From an uncultured Thermus sp. (GTDB lineage Bacteria; Deinococcota; Deinococci; Deinococcales; Thermaceae): 64,000 nucleotides of DNA. The DNA is taken from NCBI GenBank assembly GCA_947085095.1, contig CAMTVD010000014.1:64001-128000 (forward strand), read 5' to 3'. A program made the translations under genes and the position numbers. Under the pieces are notes generated by a model, which was not told the DNA's origin, did no database searches, and saw only the letters and a list, made by a program, of their open reading frames with translations. Shown here piece after piece: positions 29,644-42,380 of the stretch (positions are counted from its first letter, which is position 1; every line of letters begins with the position of its first letter).

Positions 29644-30851
29644 GGCTTCCCTTCCTTCTCCCCTTTTTGGCCCTGGCCCTGGGCCAGACCCTCTACCTGC
29701 CCTTAGACGACCGCCCCCCGAACCTTGGGCCTTGCGCCTGGGGGCTTGTCCTTTGCCCGCCCGAGGCGGTCTACCGGGGGCCCGAGGGGGCGGACCTCGA
29801 GGGCCTCTTGTCCTGGCTCATGGCCACCCCGGGGGAGGGGTTGGTGGCCAGCCTGGACGCCCTGGCCTATGGGGGGCTCCTCCAAAGCCGCCACCTTCCC
29901 CTTTCCCCCGAAGAAGCCCTGGCACGGCTGGACCCCCTCCTTTCCTGGAGAGGGCGCTACGGGGGGGCGCTTTACCTTTTTGGCGTCGTCCCGCGGTGGG
30001 ATGCCAGCAGGCGGGAGCGGAACCTCGAGGTCCTAAAGGCCCTCGCCCCCTGGGCGGGGCTTGGGGGGATCTATCGGGAGGTTGTCTGGGACGATGCCAT
30101 CCGGGGCTCTCCCGCTCCCAGGGAGGCCGCCACCCTCCCCTACCCTTCCCGTCCCGGGGCCGACGAGGCGGGGCAGGTTCTCCTCCTCAGGGCCTTGAGG
30201 CCTGGGCTTCGGGTGGCCACAGTCTACGAGGACCCTTCGCTGGCAGAGCGGGTGACCCCCTACGAGGGCCTTCCCCTGGGGGAGACCGTGGCCCGCCTCC
30301 TGAAGAGCGCCGCTGCCAGGTCCGTGGCCCTAGGGGAGAGGGCGGACCTCGTCCTCTACGTTTATGCTGGGGAAAACCCCCGTCAGGCCGTCCTGGACCT
30401 TCTCCGCCTCATGCCCCGCCACCCCGTGGCCTTGGCCGACATCTCCCGGGTCAACCGGGGGGACCCGGGGCTCATGGCCTACCTCCAGGGCCTGGGCCTC
30501 TACGCCCGCCTTTTCGCCTACGCCTCTTGGGGAACCCCCGCCAACAACCTGGGGAGCGCTCTGGCCCAGGGGGGGCTTTTCCTGGAGGACTGGGAGGGGC
30601 GGCTTCTGCGGCTCGCCGAGGCCTATTTCCACTACTGGTGGGGGGAGGTGGGAAGGCCCTACGTGCGGGCCCGCTTTTCCGAGCCCCTGCGGGAGGAAGC
30701 CCAGGAGGTGGCCGCCCTTTGGCCCTATGCCGAGCTCGGGGGCAGGCGGCTGGACCTCCTGGGGTTGCGCTTCCCCTGGGGGCGTGCCTTTGAGGCTGCG
30801 CCCGCCTGGGCCTGGGTTCCCCTGGCCCGGGGTCTGGGCCTGGTAGAATAG
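29640..30851 (+). CDS. DUF4127-like protein
   Basis: [25 protein letters not shown] and [12 protein letters not shown] match the pattern I recall for DUF4127. Confidence 0.7.
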   Translation: MRLPFLLPFLALALGQTLYLPLDDRPPNLGPCAWGLVLCPPEAVYRGPEGADLEGLLSWLMATPGEGLVASLDALAYGGLLQSRHLPLSPEEALARLDPLLSWRGRYGGALYLFGVVPRWDASRRERNLEVLKALAPWAGLGGIYREVVWDDAIRGSPAPREAATLPYPSRPGADEAGQVLLLRALRPGLRVATVYEDPSLAERVTPYEGLPLGETVARLLKSAAARSVALGERADLVLYVYAGENPRQAVLDLLRLMPRHPVALADISRVNRGDPGLMAYLQGLGLYARLFAYASWGTPANNLGSALAQGGLFLEDWEGRLLRLAEAYFHYWWGEVGRPYVRARFSEPLREEAQEVAALWPYAELGGRRLDLLGLRFPWGRAFEAAPAWAWVPLARGLGLVE

Positions 30852-30858
30852 CCCGAGC

Positions 30859-32427
30859 ATGGTTTCCCGAGCCCTGGAGCTGAAGCGCCTCGAGGCCCTG
30901 GCCCAGGCCTTCCGTCTCCTCGCTCCCCTCATGAGCAGGGAAGAGGTCTACAAAAAGACCGTCCAGGCCCTCAAGGAGAACACCCGGGCGGTTTCCGCCC
31001 TCCTTTGGCTTTACCGGCCGGAGGAGGACCAGCTGGAGCTGGTGGCGGCGGCGGGGCTTTCCGCCTCTCGGGTGGGTTTTCGCGTTCCCCGGGGACAGGG
31101 GGTTTCCTGGGAGGTGCTGGAAAAGGGGGAGGCCCTCTTTCTCCCCGATGTCTCCCGGGACCCACGGGTGGTCTTTCTCTCGGGGAAGCGGCAGGCCGGG
31201 GCCTACCTGGGGGTGCCCCTGAGGAGCCCGGAGGGGCAGGTTTTGGGGGTGCTCTCCCTGGACACCGCCGGGGGCGTGGGGGAGATTCTGCCCGAGGAGC
31301 GCTTCCTGGCCCAGGCCCTGGCGGAGGCGGCGGGGGTGGTCCTCTCCCGGATTGGGGCCTTGGAGAGGGCCAGGCTCGAGGCGGAGCGCCACAAGGCCCT
31401 CCTGGACCTCTCCTTGAGCCTGGAGGCTTCCCGGGAGCCCCTGGCCATGGCCCAGGAGGCCCTGGAGACCCTCCTCCGCCTCACCCCCTACCACGGGGGG
31501 GCCCTCTACCTCTTCCAGGAGGGGGTGGTGCGGCCTGCGGTGTACACCGGCCGCTACCCCCCGGGTTTTCCCCGCCTCTACGAGGTCCACCCCATCCGCT
31601 TCGGGGAGGGGCTTCTGGGCCATCCCCGGCTTTGGGAGGGGCCGGTCTACGTGGAGGACTACGCCCGCTTTCCCGGAAGCCTGAAGCCCTTCGCCGAAAG
31701 CGGCCTGCGCTCCGCCCTTCTGGTGCCCCTCAAGCCCGAGGGGCGGCGCTACGGGGTCCTGGCCCTGGGGAGCTTCGGGGAGGCCATCCCCTTCCGCCCG
31801 GAGGACGAGGCCGTCCTGAGGGTGGTGGGCCGGAGGCTGGAGGAGGCCCTGGAGCGCCTCTTCCAGCTGGAAACCCTTCGCCTCACCCGCGAGGCCGCCC
31901 TCAAGGCCCTCTCCCGGGTGCTGGAGTACCGGGACCTGGAAACCCAGGGGCACACGGAGCGGGTGGCCGAGCTTTCCGTGCGCTTGGGGCAGGCCCTGGG
32001 GTTTCCCGACCTCGAGGGCCTGCGCCTGGGGGCCTACTTCCACGACCTGGGCAAGCTGGCCCTCCCCGACAAGGTCCTGAAGAAGCCCGCCGCTCTCTGC
32101 ACCGAGGAGTGGCGCCTGGTGGAAACCCACCCCGAGGTGGGCCTGGAGATCTTGCAAAGCCTTCCCTTCCTGCCCAAGACCGCCCTGCACGTGGTCCTCT
32201 ACCACCACGAGCGCTGGGATGGCTCGGGCTACCCCAAAGGCCTCAAGGGAGAGGAGATCCCCCTGGAGGCCCGCATCTTCGCCGTGGTGGACGTGTGGGA
32301 CGCCCTACTCTCTTCCCGCCCCTACAAGGAGGCCTGGAGCGAGGAGAAAGCCCGGCAGGAGCTTTGGGCCCAGGCGGGGAAGACCCTGGACCCCCGGGTT
32401 GTCCAGGTCTTCCTGGAAATCGTCTAA
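30859..32427 (+). CDS. GAF-GAF-HD-GYP phosphodiesterase
   Basis: Two GAF-like segments; HTERV, HDLGK, HHERWDGSGYP and RPYK motifs. Confidence 0.92.
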   Translation: MVSRALELKRLEALAQAFRLLAPLMSREEVYKKTVQALKENTRAVSALLWLYRPEEDQLELVAAAGLSASRVGFRVPRGQGVSWEVLEKGEALFLPDVSRDPRVVFLSGKRQAGAYLGVPLRSPEGQVLGVLSLDTAGGVGEILPEERFLAQALAEAAGVVLSRIGALERARLEAERHKALLDLSLSLEASREPLAMAQEALETLLRLTPYHGGALYLFQEGVVRPAVYTGRYPPGFPRLYEVHPIRFGEGLLGHPRLWEGPVYVEDYARFPGSLKPFAESGLRSALLVPLKPEGRRYGVLALGSFGEAIPFRPEDEAVLRVVGRRLEEALERLFQLETLRLTREAALKALSRVLEYRDLETQGHTERVAELSVRLGQALGFPDLEGLRLGAYFHDLGKLALPDKVLKKPAALCTEEWRLVETHPEVGLEILQSLPFLPKTALHVVLYHHERWDGSGYPKGLKGEEIPLEARIFAVVDVWDALLSSRPYKEAWSEEKARQELWAQAGKTLDPRVVQVFLEIV

Positions 32428-34242
<1,815 letters not shown>

Positions 34243-34274
34243 AACGCCCCTTTCTAGGGGAAATCTCCCCCTGC

Positions 34275-34460
34275 CTTTGGCCCTCCCCCGCGGTTGTCCC
34301 CCCCTCGCGGGGCTGGCTTTCCCTTGGGGGTTCTTGGGCGGGCGGGGCGGGCACACCCCGGGCGGCATCCGCGGATCCCTCGATCTTTCCCGGCCTTGGC
34401 CGGTTATCCCCTTGCGGGGTCCGCCACCTCGTGAGGCCAGATGGCCCCCTGCGCTTCCCG
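34275..34460 (-). ncRNA. glmS glucosamine-6-phosphate-activated ribozyme
   Basis: Minus strand AAGCGC...ACGAGG...ATCGAG...GCGGATGCC...CGG core in the glmS leader. The 3' boundary is approximate. Confidence 0.85.
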
Positions 34461-34486
34461 CCTTCAGGGGCAAAAGCCCCAGGGGG

Positions 34487-34539
34487 AGTATAGGGGAACC
34501 CTTCCGGGCTTGACAAGACCCGGATGAGCCTTTTATGAT
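34487..34539. promoter_or_regulatory. Overlapping divergent promoters PglmS (minus) and PslpA (plus)
   Basis: Plus strand: TTGACA(34510)-18-TATGAT(34534). Minus strand: TTGTCA(34516)-18-TATACT(34492). The -35 boxes overlap. Confidence 0.8.
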
Positions 34540-34670
34540 ACCTGCGGGCGCAAGGTCAAAGCCAGGGCCGAGGGTTGCCCGCTGGCCTTGCACCTGGGGC
34601 AGAAAGCGGAGAGGAATCGCGGTAACTCGCCCGCCCAAGCCCCAAACCTCCAAAGGAGGTGTAGGGAGAT

Positions 34671-37370
34671 ATGAAGAAAAGGCTTGTCACACTACTGGCC
34701 GGGCTTTTGACCGTCCTCTCCATGGGGTTCGGTCTGGCCCAGTTCTCCGACGTGCCCGCTGGGCACTGGGCCAAGGAGGCCGTGGAGGCCCTGGCGGCCA
34801 AGGGGATCCTCGTGGGCTTCCCGGACGGCACCTTCCGGGGCAACGAGGGGCTCACCCGCTACCAGGCCGCCCTCATCATCTACCGCCTCCTGCAGCAGAT
34901 TGAAGAGGAGCTGAAGGCCAAGGGCACCTCCCCCACCATGGAGGCCCTTTCCGCTGAGGAGCTGGAGACTCTGAAGAACGCGGTCCAGGAGCTGGCTGCG
35001 GAGCTGGCCGCCCTGGGCGTGCGGGTCTCGGCCCTTGAGGACAGCGCCGCCACCAAGGAGGACATCGCCCGCCTCGAGGCCCTGATCGCCGAGCTAAAGG
35101 CCCAGCCGGCCCCCGAGCCCGGCATGGACGCCGCTGCCCTGCAGGACCTAGCCGACCGGGTGGAGGCCGCCTCCATCGCCGCGGACACCGCCTTGGCCCA
35201 GGCCCAGCAGCTGGCCGAGCAGCTTGATGCCCTGGCCCAGGACGTGGAGGGCGTGAAGGGTGACCTGGCGGCTCTTTCCACCCAGGTGGAGGCCAGCGCC
35301 CAGGCCATCCAGGCCCTGAACGAGCTGGCCGTCCTCCTCAACCAGGACGTCCTCACCCTGCAGGATCGGGCCACCGCCCTGGAGAAGGGGCTGGCCGACC
35401 TCAAGGCCCAGCTTGGGTCCATTGACTTTGAGGAGTTCGCCACCCGCGAGGACGTGGCCGCGGTGCAGGAGTTCGTGGCCGCCCTGCGCTCCGACCTGGT
35501 GAACCTCTCCGAGAAGGTGGCCAGGCTGGAGGGCACCGTGGGCACCCTTTCCGGCAAGGTGGCCACCCTGCAGCGCAACGCCTTCACCATCAGCGGGAGC
35601 CTGACGCTAACCTACACTGCCAGCGACGCTAATAACTTCGGTGCTTACGACATTGACCGTGTCATCGGGGGCACCTTCCTGTCCAGCGGCGACCCTGACA
35701 ACGACAAGAACGTTGTGGAGCACGCTGACCCTGTGACCTCCGTTTCTGGCTCCACCGCCGCCAGCCTGAGCCTCACCCTCAAGACCGGTCCCTTTGACGC
35801 CAAGTCGTCCGGCGGGGCCAACAGCTACCCCGGCCTGGTGCAGTTCAGCCTGACCGGCTCCTGGACGACCCCCGGCGTTGGCGCTTCGGTCGGCGCCAAC
35901 CTGGTGGTGGACAAGGTCTCCACCACCCTCGCCGTGGCCCGGGACCAGGCCCTCTCCTTCACCTTCGGCCAGTCGGTGAACACCAAGTTCACCGAGTACG
36001 TGATGGACAACGAGCGCAACAGCCTCGGCCATGGCTTCGTGGCCACCCTGAAGGGCCTGCCCCTGGGCACCACCGTCACCGCCGCCTATGGGGAGAGGGA
36101 CCCGGGCACCGCTAACTACGACTACTTTAGGGCCATCCGCTTGGCCATCGCCCCCAGCCAGGCTTTCTCCGTCGGCCTCTCCTACGCCCAGCATGACGCG
36201 CCCTCCGTCGAGGAGGTGGGAGGCGTGGACGGGAGCCTGGACCTGGGGCCCGTGAAGCTCTCTGGGGAGTACTTCCGCTTCGGCAACAACATCCTCGCGC
36301 CGGGCTACTTCGAGGGCGGCTATGTCCGGGCTGAGCTGGGCCCGGTGAAGGCCAACTATCGCGGCCTGGCACCTGGCGCCAACAACCCTGCTGGGCTCAG
36401 TAACGACAACGATAACCCCTTCCGGGACGGCCAGCGGGGCTTCACCGTGGAGGCGGGCCTGCCCCTCTTGGGCTTGGACCTGGGCCTCCTCTACAACCTC
36501 CAGATGGATAGCACCTTTGGCGTCCCCAGCGCCAGCGCCTTCCGGGCCAGCCTGGGCGTGGGCTTGCCTGCGGGCTTCAGCTTGAGCGCCCGGGTGACCT
36601 TAGCCAGCAACATCTCAGGCGAGTGGTTTCCCCAAACCCTCAACTTTGCTCCGGGCGTGCCTGGCCCCACTACCCCTACGGATTACGCCACCGCCATCAC
36701 CGCCAGCCTCAGGCACGATGGCGCAGCCCAGAACGCCGCCATCAAAGGGCTCAACCTCACCCTCGCCTACACTAACCGCACCCTATTGGGTGGACCTAAC
36801 GACGGCTTGGCCTTCTTCGGCGACTTCGGCGGCCTGGCCCTGGGTCCCCTCAGCGTGGACAAGGTGGTCTTCCGCTACAACGACAGCAACCTCCAGAACG
36901 CTGCTGCGGGCCAGACCCTGAAGGGCGGCATCCGGGGCGGCCTCAGCCTGGCGGGCCTGCCGCTTAGCCCTGCCATCACCGGGGAGTTTGCCACCCGGGT
37001 GAGCGACGGCGGTCTCTCCGAGACCAAGTTTGGCTTCGGCCTGAGGTTCGGCCAGTTCTTCTGGGACAAGAGCGTCCTGGAGGTCAAGGCGGCTCAGTAC
37101 AGCGCAGTGGGCCTTGTCATCACCCCTCCTAACACAACTGACGCTGATAGGGCCTTTGACGCTTCCGCCGACTCGCTCTACACCTCTGCGGCTGGCCTGG
37201 GCGGCAACCTCTCCGGCGTCTACGTGACCTGGACCTACTGGGACCTCTCCTTTGCCTACGGCTTCTTCAGCAACCAGACCCTGGGGACCCTCTTCTCCGA
37301 TATCTTCAACCGCACCACCACCGGGGACTACGGCCGCGCCTTCCGCATCAGGTACACCGTCAACTTCTAA
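34671..37370 (+). CDS. slpA: S-layer protein SlpA (SLH, coiled coil, beta-barrel)
   Basis: Signal peptide; [10 protein letters not shown]...LTRYQAA SLH domain; long coiled coil; beta-rich body ending in F. About 125-nt leader with AAGGAGGT. Confidence 0.95.
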   Translation: MKKRLVTLLAGLLTVLSMGFGLAQFSDVPAGHWAKEAVEALAAKGILVGFPDGTFRGNEGLTRYQAALIIYRLLQQIEEELKAKGTSPTMEALSAEELETLKNAVQELAAELAALGVRVSALEDSAATKEDIARLEALIAELKAQPAPEPGMDAAALQDLADRVEAASIAADTALAQAQQLAEQLDALAQDVEGVKGDLAALSTQVEASAQAIQALNELAVLLNQDVLTLQDRATALEKGLADLKAQLGSIDFEEFATREDVAAVQEFVAALRSDLVNLSEKVARLEGTVGTLSGKVATLQRNAFTISGSLTLTYTASDANNFGAYDIDRVIGGTFLSSGDPDNDKNVVEHADPVTSVSGSTAASLSLTLKTGPFDAKSSGGANSYPGLVQFSLTGSWTTPGVGASVGANLVVDKVSTTLAVARDQALSFTFGQSVNTKFTEYVMDNERNSLGHGFVATLKGLPLGTTVTAAYGERDPGTANYDYFRAIRLAIAPSQAFSVGLSYAQHDAPSVEEVGGVDGSLDLGPVKLSGEYFRFGNNILAPGYFEGGYVRAELGPVKANYRGLAPGANNPAGLSNDNDNPFRDGQRGFTVEAGLPLLGLDLGLLYNLQMDSTFGVPSASAFRASLGVGLPAGFSLSARVTLASNISGEWFPQTLNFAPGVPGPTTPTDYATAITASLRHDGAAQNAAIKGLNLTLAYTNRTLLGGPNDGLAFFGDFGGLALGPLSVDKVVFRYNDSNLQNAAAGQTLKGGIRGGLSLAGLPLSPAITGEFATRVSDGGLSETKFGFGLRFGQFFWDKSVLEVKAAQYSAVGLVITPPNTTDADRAFDASADSLYTSAAGLGGNLSGVYVTWTYWDLSFAYGFFSNQTLGTLFSDIFNRTTTGDYGRAFRIRYTVNF

Positions 37371-37383
37371 GCGCCCTGGCCCT

Positions 37384-37415
37384 GCCCCCCGCCCCAAAGG
37401 GGCGGGGGGCTTTTT
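37384..37415 (+). terminator. Intrinsic terminator after slpA
   Basis: GCCCCCCGCCCC-AAA-GGGGCGGGGG-C followed by TTTTT. Confidence 0.85.
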
Positions 37416-37457
37416 CCACCCCAGTCAAGGCCGGGCGGGGGCCCTATACTCTAAAGG

Positions 37458-39464
37458 ATGACCTTCCGCTACCGGGGGCCAGCGCCCAAGGGGGACCAGC
37501 CGAGGGCCATCGCCGAGCTGGTGGAGGCCCTGAAGGCGGGGGAGCGCTACGTGACCCTCCTCGGGGCCACGGGCACGGGGAAGACGGTGACGGTGGCCCG
37601 GGTCATAGAGGCCCTGGGGCGGCCCGCCTTGGTCCTCGCCCCCAACAAGATCCTGGCGGCCCAGCTTGCGGCGGAGTTTCGGGAGCTCTTTCCGGAGAAC
37701 GCCGTGGAGTACTTCATCAGCTACTACGACTACTACCAGCCCGAGGCCTACGTGCCGGGGAAGGACCTCTACATAGAGAAGGACGCCAGCATCAACCCGG
37801 AGATTGAGCGCCTGAGGCACTCCACCACCCGAAGCCTCCTCACCCGGCGGGACGTGATCGTGGTGGCCTCGGTCTCGGCCATCTACGGCCTCGGGGACCC
37901 GAGGGAGTATCGGGCGAGGAACCTGGTGGTGGAAAGGGGCAAGCCCTACCCCCGGGAGGCCCTTCTGGAGCGGCTTCTTGAGCTCGGCTACGAGCGGAAC
38001 GAGATAGACCTCGCCCCGGGGCGCTTCCGGGCCAGGGGGGAGGTGCTGGAGATCTTCCCCGCCTACGAGACGGAGCCCCTCCGGGTGGAGCTCTTTGGGG
38101 ACGAGGTGGAGCGCATCCTCCAGGTCCACCCCATCACGGGGGAAAGGCTTCGCGAGCTTCCCGGCTTCGTCCTCTTCCCCGCCACCCACTACCTAAGCCC
38201 GGAGGGGCTAGAGGAGATCCTGAAGGAGATAGAGAAGGAGCTCTGGGAGAGGGTCCGCTACTTTGAGGAGCGGGGGGAGGTCCTCTATGCGGCGCGCCTC
38301 AAGGAGCGCACCCTCTACGACCTGGAGATGCTACGGGTCATGGGCACCTGCCCGGGGGTGGAGAACTACGCCCGCTACTTCACCGGAAAGGCCCCGGGGG
38401 AGCCTCCCTACACCCTTCTGGACTACTTCCCCGAAGACTTCCTGGTCTTTTTGGACGAGTCCCATGTGACCGTGCCCCAGCTCATGGGCATGTACCGGGG
38501 GGATTACGCCCGCAAGAAGACCCTGGTGGACTACGGCTTCCGCCTCCCCAGCGCCCTGGACAACCGCCCCCTTCGCTTTGAGGAGTTTTTGGAAAGGGTG
38601 CCCCAGGTGGTCTTCGTTTCCGCCACCCCGGGGCCCTTTGAGCTTCAGCACTCCGGGCGCATCGTGGAGCAGATCATCCGCCCCACGGGGCTTCTGGACC
38701 CCCTGGTGCGGGTCAAGCCCACGGAGAACCAGATCCTGGACCTCATGGAGGGGATAAGGGAGAGGGCCAGCCGGGGCGAGCGCACCCTGGTCACCGTGCT
38801 CACCGTGCGCATGGCCGAGGAGCTCACGAGCTTCCTGGTGGAGCACGGGATACGGGCGCGCTACCTCCACCACGAGCTGGACGCCTTTGAGCGCCAGGCC
38901 CTGGTCCGGGACCTGCGCCTGGGCCACTTTGACTGCCTGGTGGGCATCAACCTCCTCAGGGAGGGCCTGGACCTGCCCGAGGTGAGCCTGGTGGCCATCC
39001 TGGACGCTGACAAGACGGGCTTTTTGCGGAGCGAGCGAAGCCTCATCCAGACCATGGGCCGGGCGGCCCGGAACGAGAGGGGCGAGGTCTGGCTCTACGC
39101 CGACAGCGTCTCCGAGGCCATGGAGAAGGCCATCCGGGAGACGAACCGGAGAAGGGCCCTCCAGGAGGCCTACAACCGGGAGCACGGCATCGTGCCCAAG
39201 ACCGTGGAGAAGGGGGTGCGGGCGGTGATCCGCCCCGAGGGGTACGGGGAGGTTCCCCTAGTTGAGGGGGCTTTGGAGGACACCGAGGACCTGAAGGAGC
39301 GCCTGGCGGAGCTGGAGCTCGCCATGTGGCAGGCGGCGGAGGAGCTGGACTTTGAGCGGGCGGCGAGGCTTCGGGACGAGATCCGGGCTTTGGAGGCCCA
39401 CCTCCAGGGCCTGAAGCCCCCGGAGCCCGTACCGGGAAGCCGCAAGCGGCGGAGAAGGCGCTAG
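37458..39464 (+). CDS. uvrB: Excinuclease ABC subunit B
   Basis: [22 protein letters not shown] and C-terminal UVR motif FERAARLRD. Confidence 0.98.
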   Translation: MTFRYRGPAPKGDQPRAIAELVEALKAGERYVTLLGATGTGKTVTVARVIEALGRPALVLAPNKILAAQLAAEFRELFPENAVEYFISYYDYYQPEAYVPGKDLYIEKDASINPEIERLRHSTTRSLLTRRDVIVVASVSAIYGLGDPREYRARNLVVERGKPYPREALLERLLELGYERNEIDLAPGRFRARGEVLEIFPAYETEPLRVELFGDEVERILQVHPITGERLRELPGFVLFPATHYLSPEGLEEILKEIEKELWERVRYFEERGEVLYAARLKERTLYDLEMLRVMGTCPGVENYARYFTGKAPGEPPYTLLDYFPEDFLVFLDESHVTVPQLMGMYRGDYARKKTLVDYGFRLPSALDNRPLRFEEFLERVPQVVFVSATPGPFELQHSGRIVEQIIRPTGLLDPLVRVKPTENQILDLMEGIRERASRGERTLVTVLTVRMAEELTSFLVEHGIRARYLHHELDAFERQALVRDLRLGHFDCLVGINLLREGLDLPEVSLVAILDADKTGFLRSERSLIQTMGRAARNERGEVWLYADSVSEAMEKAIRETNRRRALQEAYNREHGIVPKTVEKGVRAVIRPEGYGEVPLVEGALEDTEDLKERLAELELAMWQAAEELDFERAARLRDEIRALEAHLQGLKPPEPVPGSRKRRRRR

Positions 39465-40528
39465 GCCAGGAGGAGAACGGGGTTCTCCAGGTAGAGGGCC
39501 AGCCGCTCCAAAAGCTTCCGGGCCAGGGGGGCCTCGAGGCCGGAGGCGGCCAGGACCCCATCGGGGGAGAGGAAGAGGCTCGGGCGGCCAGTGTGGACCT
39601 CCTCCTCGCCGAAGAAGCAGAGGAGGCCCTCCCCCTCCTCCCCCGCCTCCTGGTGGAAGAGGGCCAGGAAGGAGGGGCTGGGCCTGAGGCCCCTCACCCC
39701 TTCCCCCTCCACCCGGCCGAGGAGGGCCCTATGGGGGAGCTCCAGCTCGGCGAGGGCCCTTTCCGCCGCCCTGAGGAGGAAGGGCAGAGGGGTTTCCGGC
39801 ACCCCGTGGACCCGGTGGAAGGCGGCCAGGGCCCGGGCTATGCCTTCCAAGTCCACCCTCCTTCGGTGCACCCTGAGGGGCCCCGCCGCCAGGCCTGGGG
39901 CGGGCACGGGGGCCACCCCCAGGAGGGGGGCTGGGGGAGCCTCCTGGGTGGGGAGGGCTTCCCCCTGGGCGGAGGGCTCTTCCGGCTTCTTTTCCCCTTC
40001 CACCTCTTCCAGGGCGGGGGGAAGGGCTTCCTGGGCTTCGGCCTGCAAAAGGTCTTCTTCCCAAGCCTCCAGGGCCTCAGGCTCCGGCAAGGGCGCGGCT
40101 TCCAGGAGGTCTTCTTCCCAGGCCTCGAGGGGCTTTTCGGCCTCCTCCTCGGGGAGGAGAAAAGCCTCCTCCTCCCCCTCCTCCAGGAGGTCTATTTCAG
40201 AGAAGTCCAAGGCCAGCTCCTCCTCGGGCACCTCCTCCACCTGCAGAGTAGGGGTCTTGGGGGCTTCGGGGATGAGCTCGGCAAGGTCCACCCCTTCCCT
40301 TTCCAGGGCGGCTTGGGCCCGCTTCAGCTCCTCCTCGGGGGGCAGGGGCGGGGGGGCCTCGGGCATGGGGGGGAGGTCCACCTCCCCCGCCATCACCTTG
40401 GCCAAAAAGGCCAGGATGTCCCGCTCCACAATGGTGCCATCCGGACCTGTGCCCTTCAGCCTGCGCCAGTCTATGCCGTTCTCCTCGGCGAGCCGCCGGG
40501 CCAGGGGCGTGATTTTGGGTTCTTCCAT
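39461..40528 (-). CDS. E3-binding (PSBD) domain protein with acidic linker
   Basis: [14 protein letters not shown]...[13 protein letters not shown]; no lipoyl domain. Confidence 0.8.
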   Translation of the reverse strand: MEEPKITPLARRLAEENGIDWRRLKGTGPDGTIVERDILAFLAKVMAGEVDLPPMPEAPPPLPPEEELKRAQAALEREGVDLAELIPEAPKTPTLQVEEVPEEELALDFSEIDLLEEGEEEAFLLPEEEAEKPLEAWEEDLLEAAPLPEPEALEAWEEDLLQAEAQEALPPALEEVEGEKKPEEPSAQGEALPTQEAPPAPLLGVAPVPAPGLAAGPLRVHRRRVDLEGIARALAAFHRVHGVPETPLPFLLRAAERALAELELPHRALLGRVEGEGVRGLRPSPSFLALFHQEAGEEGEGLLCFFGEEEVHTGRPSLFLSPDGVLAASGLEAPLARKLLERLALYLENPVLLLA

Positions 40529-40548
40529 CCTGGCCCTATGATAACAGG

Positions 40549-41613
40549 GTGGAAGCGCGCTTTGCCGAGCTCCTCGCGGCCTACTGCCTCGAGGCCGCCC
40601 CCGGGGAGACCGTCTTGGTGGAGGTGGAAACCCCAGCGTTGCCCCTTCTTCCCCACCTGAAGCGGGCCCTCCTCCAGCGGGGGGCCTACCCCCTCTTCCG
40701 CCTCAGCTACCCGGGGGAGGCCCGGGACTTCCTCCTTTACGGGGGAAGGTGGCTGGAAACCATCCCCGAGGTGGAGCGGGCCCTCTACGAGAAGGCGGAC
40801 AAGTTCCTGAGGGTCCTTTCCGCCGAGAACCCTCTGGAGGCGGCCTCCCTGGACCCCGGCCTCGCCCTCAAGCACCAGCGGGCCTGGCGGCCCCTAAGCG
40901 AGCTCCGCCTGCGGAAACGCTGGACCCTCACCCTCTACCCCACGGTGGGCTACGCGGTGGGGGCGGGCATGGGCACCCAGGAGTTTCGCGCCTACCTGGA
41001 AAGGGCCCTCTTCCTGGACCGGGAGGACCCCGTGGCCGCCTGGCGGGAGCTTGCCGCCTTCCAGGAGGAGCTCATCGCCCGGCTTTCCCAGGGGAAGACC
41101 CTGCGCATCCTGGCCCCGGGTACGGACCTCACCCTTTCCGTGGCGGGGCGCACCTGGGTGAACTCCGACGGGCGGCGGAACATGCCCTCGGGGGAGGTCT
41201 TCACCGGGCCCCTCGAGGCCTCCGCCGAGGGCGAGGTCCGCTTCAACCTCCCCGCCTTCGTGGGGGGCAGGCGGGTGGAGGGGGTCTACCTCCGCTTCCG
41301 GGGGGGAGAGGTGGTGGAGGCGAAGGCGGAGGTGGGGGAGGGCTATCTTAGAGAGGCTCTGGCCACCGACCCTGGGGCCAGGCGGCTTGGGGAGGTGGGC
41401 CTCGGCACCAACTTCGGCCTGGACCGCCCCACGGGCCTCATCCTCCTGGACGAGAAGATGGGGGGCACGGTCCACCTGGCCCTGGGCCAAAGCTACCCGG
41501 AGACCGGGGGGAGGAACGAGAGCGCCCTCCACTGGGACCTGGTCCTTTCCTTGAAGGAGGGGAGGCTCCTTTTGGACGGCAAGCCCCTCCTGGTGGAGGG
41601 CCGCTTCGTCTAA
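40549..41613 (+). CDS. Aminopeptidase (M29 thermophilic metalloprotease family)
   Basis: NMPSGEVFTGP, GEVGLG, DEKMGGTVHLALG and HWD motifs. Confidence 0.9.
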   Translation: MEARFAELLAAYCLEAAPGETVLVEVETPALPLLPHLKRALLQRGAYPLFRLSYPGEARDFLLYGGRWLETIPEVERALYEKADKFLRVLSAENPLEAASLDPGLALKHQRAWRPLSELRLRKRWTLTLYPTVGYAVGAGMGTQEFRAYLERALFLDREDPVAAWRELAAFQEELIARLSQGKTLRILAPGTDLTLSVAGRTWVNSDGRRNMPSGEVFTGPLEASAEGEVRFNLPAFVGGRRVEGVYLRFRGGEVVEAKAEVGEGYLREALATDPGARRLGEVGLGTNFGLDRPTGLILLDEKMGGTVHLALGQSYPETGGRNESALHWDLVLSLKEGRLLLDGKPLLVEGRFV

Positions 41614-42380
41614 AGGTCCTGGCGCTCAAAGACCAAGGCGGCCAGGAGGGCGAAGCCCAGGGTGTAGATGAGGAGCAGGGAGAGGCCAAGCGAAGCCGCC
41701 TCCGGCCGCAGGTGCAGGTCCAGATAGGTGGTGAGGAGGAAGGGGGTGAGGGCGGGGAAGGCCACCAAAAGGCGCATGAGGAGGAGGGTGGCCACCGCCG
41801 CCAGGGCCCCCGCCGTGGTGGAGAGGAAGAGGGTGCCGTAGAGGAGGGCCAGGGAGGCGAGGGGCAAAAGCACCGCCCCCGCCAGGAGGTGGGCCTTTAG
41901 GAGCTCCTTCAGGGCCATGGTCGGGGTGAGGAGGCCCGTGCCCGCGAACCCCCCTTCCCCCAGGCCCGTGCCTCCGAAGAAGGGGCCAAGGCCGTGGGGC
42001 AGGCCCGCGAGCATCCCCCCCAGAAAGCTCGCGCCCAGGAGCACGAAGGGGTAGAGGAGGAGGGCTTGGAGCTTGGCCAAAAGGAGAAGGGTGCGGGGCA
42101 GGGGCCTTAGGAGGAGGCTTTTTAGGGTGCCCTGGGCCACCTCGCCACCCATGGACTCGCTGGCCGCCATCATCACCAAAAAGGGGAAGAGGAACTCCAT
42201 CCCCGCAAGAAGGCTCAGGGCCACCACCTGCCAGCCCGAGGCCAGGACCAGACCGTAGACCTCCTGAAGCCCGGGGGCCAAAGCCCAGAGGAAGGGGAGG
42301 AGGAAGGCGGCCAGTAGCCCGATCCGCACGGAGCGGAGCCGGAAGAGCTTGAAAAGTTCAAGGAGGAAGAGTCTAAGCAT
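41610..42380 (-). CDS. ABC-2 type permease
   Basis: Hydrophobic; EVAQGTLKSLLLRP...LLLAK; follows the ATPase gene. Confidence 0.85.
   Translation of the reverse strand: MLRLFLLELFKLFRLRSVRIGLLAAFLLPFLWALAPGLQEVYGLVLASGWQVVALSLLAGMEFLFPFLVMMAASESMGGEVAQGTLKSLLLRPLPRTLLLLAKLQALLLYPFVLLGASFLGGMLAGLPHGLGPFFGGTGLGEGGFAGTGLLTPTMALKELLKAHLLAGAVLLPLASLALLYGTLFLSTTAGALAAVATLLLMRLLVAFPALTPFLLTTYLDLHLRPEAASLGLSLLLIYTLGFALLAALVFERQDL

Noticed and set aside
30472..32208. 578-aa minus-strand ORF, and similar long ORFs at 31005, 32551, 46894, 48275 and 55514
   Set aside because: Shadow frames of well-supported genes. High-GC codon bias suppresses stop codons, and the translations have no recognisable motifs.
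34243..34653. N-terminal extension of GlmS in the ORF track
   Set aside because: GlmS needs Cys at position 2, and the extension covers the ribozyme and both promoters.
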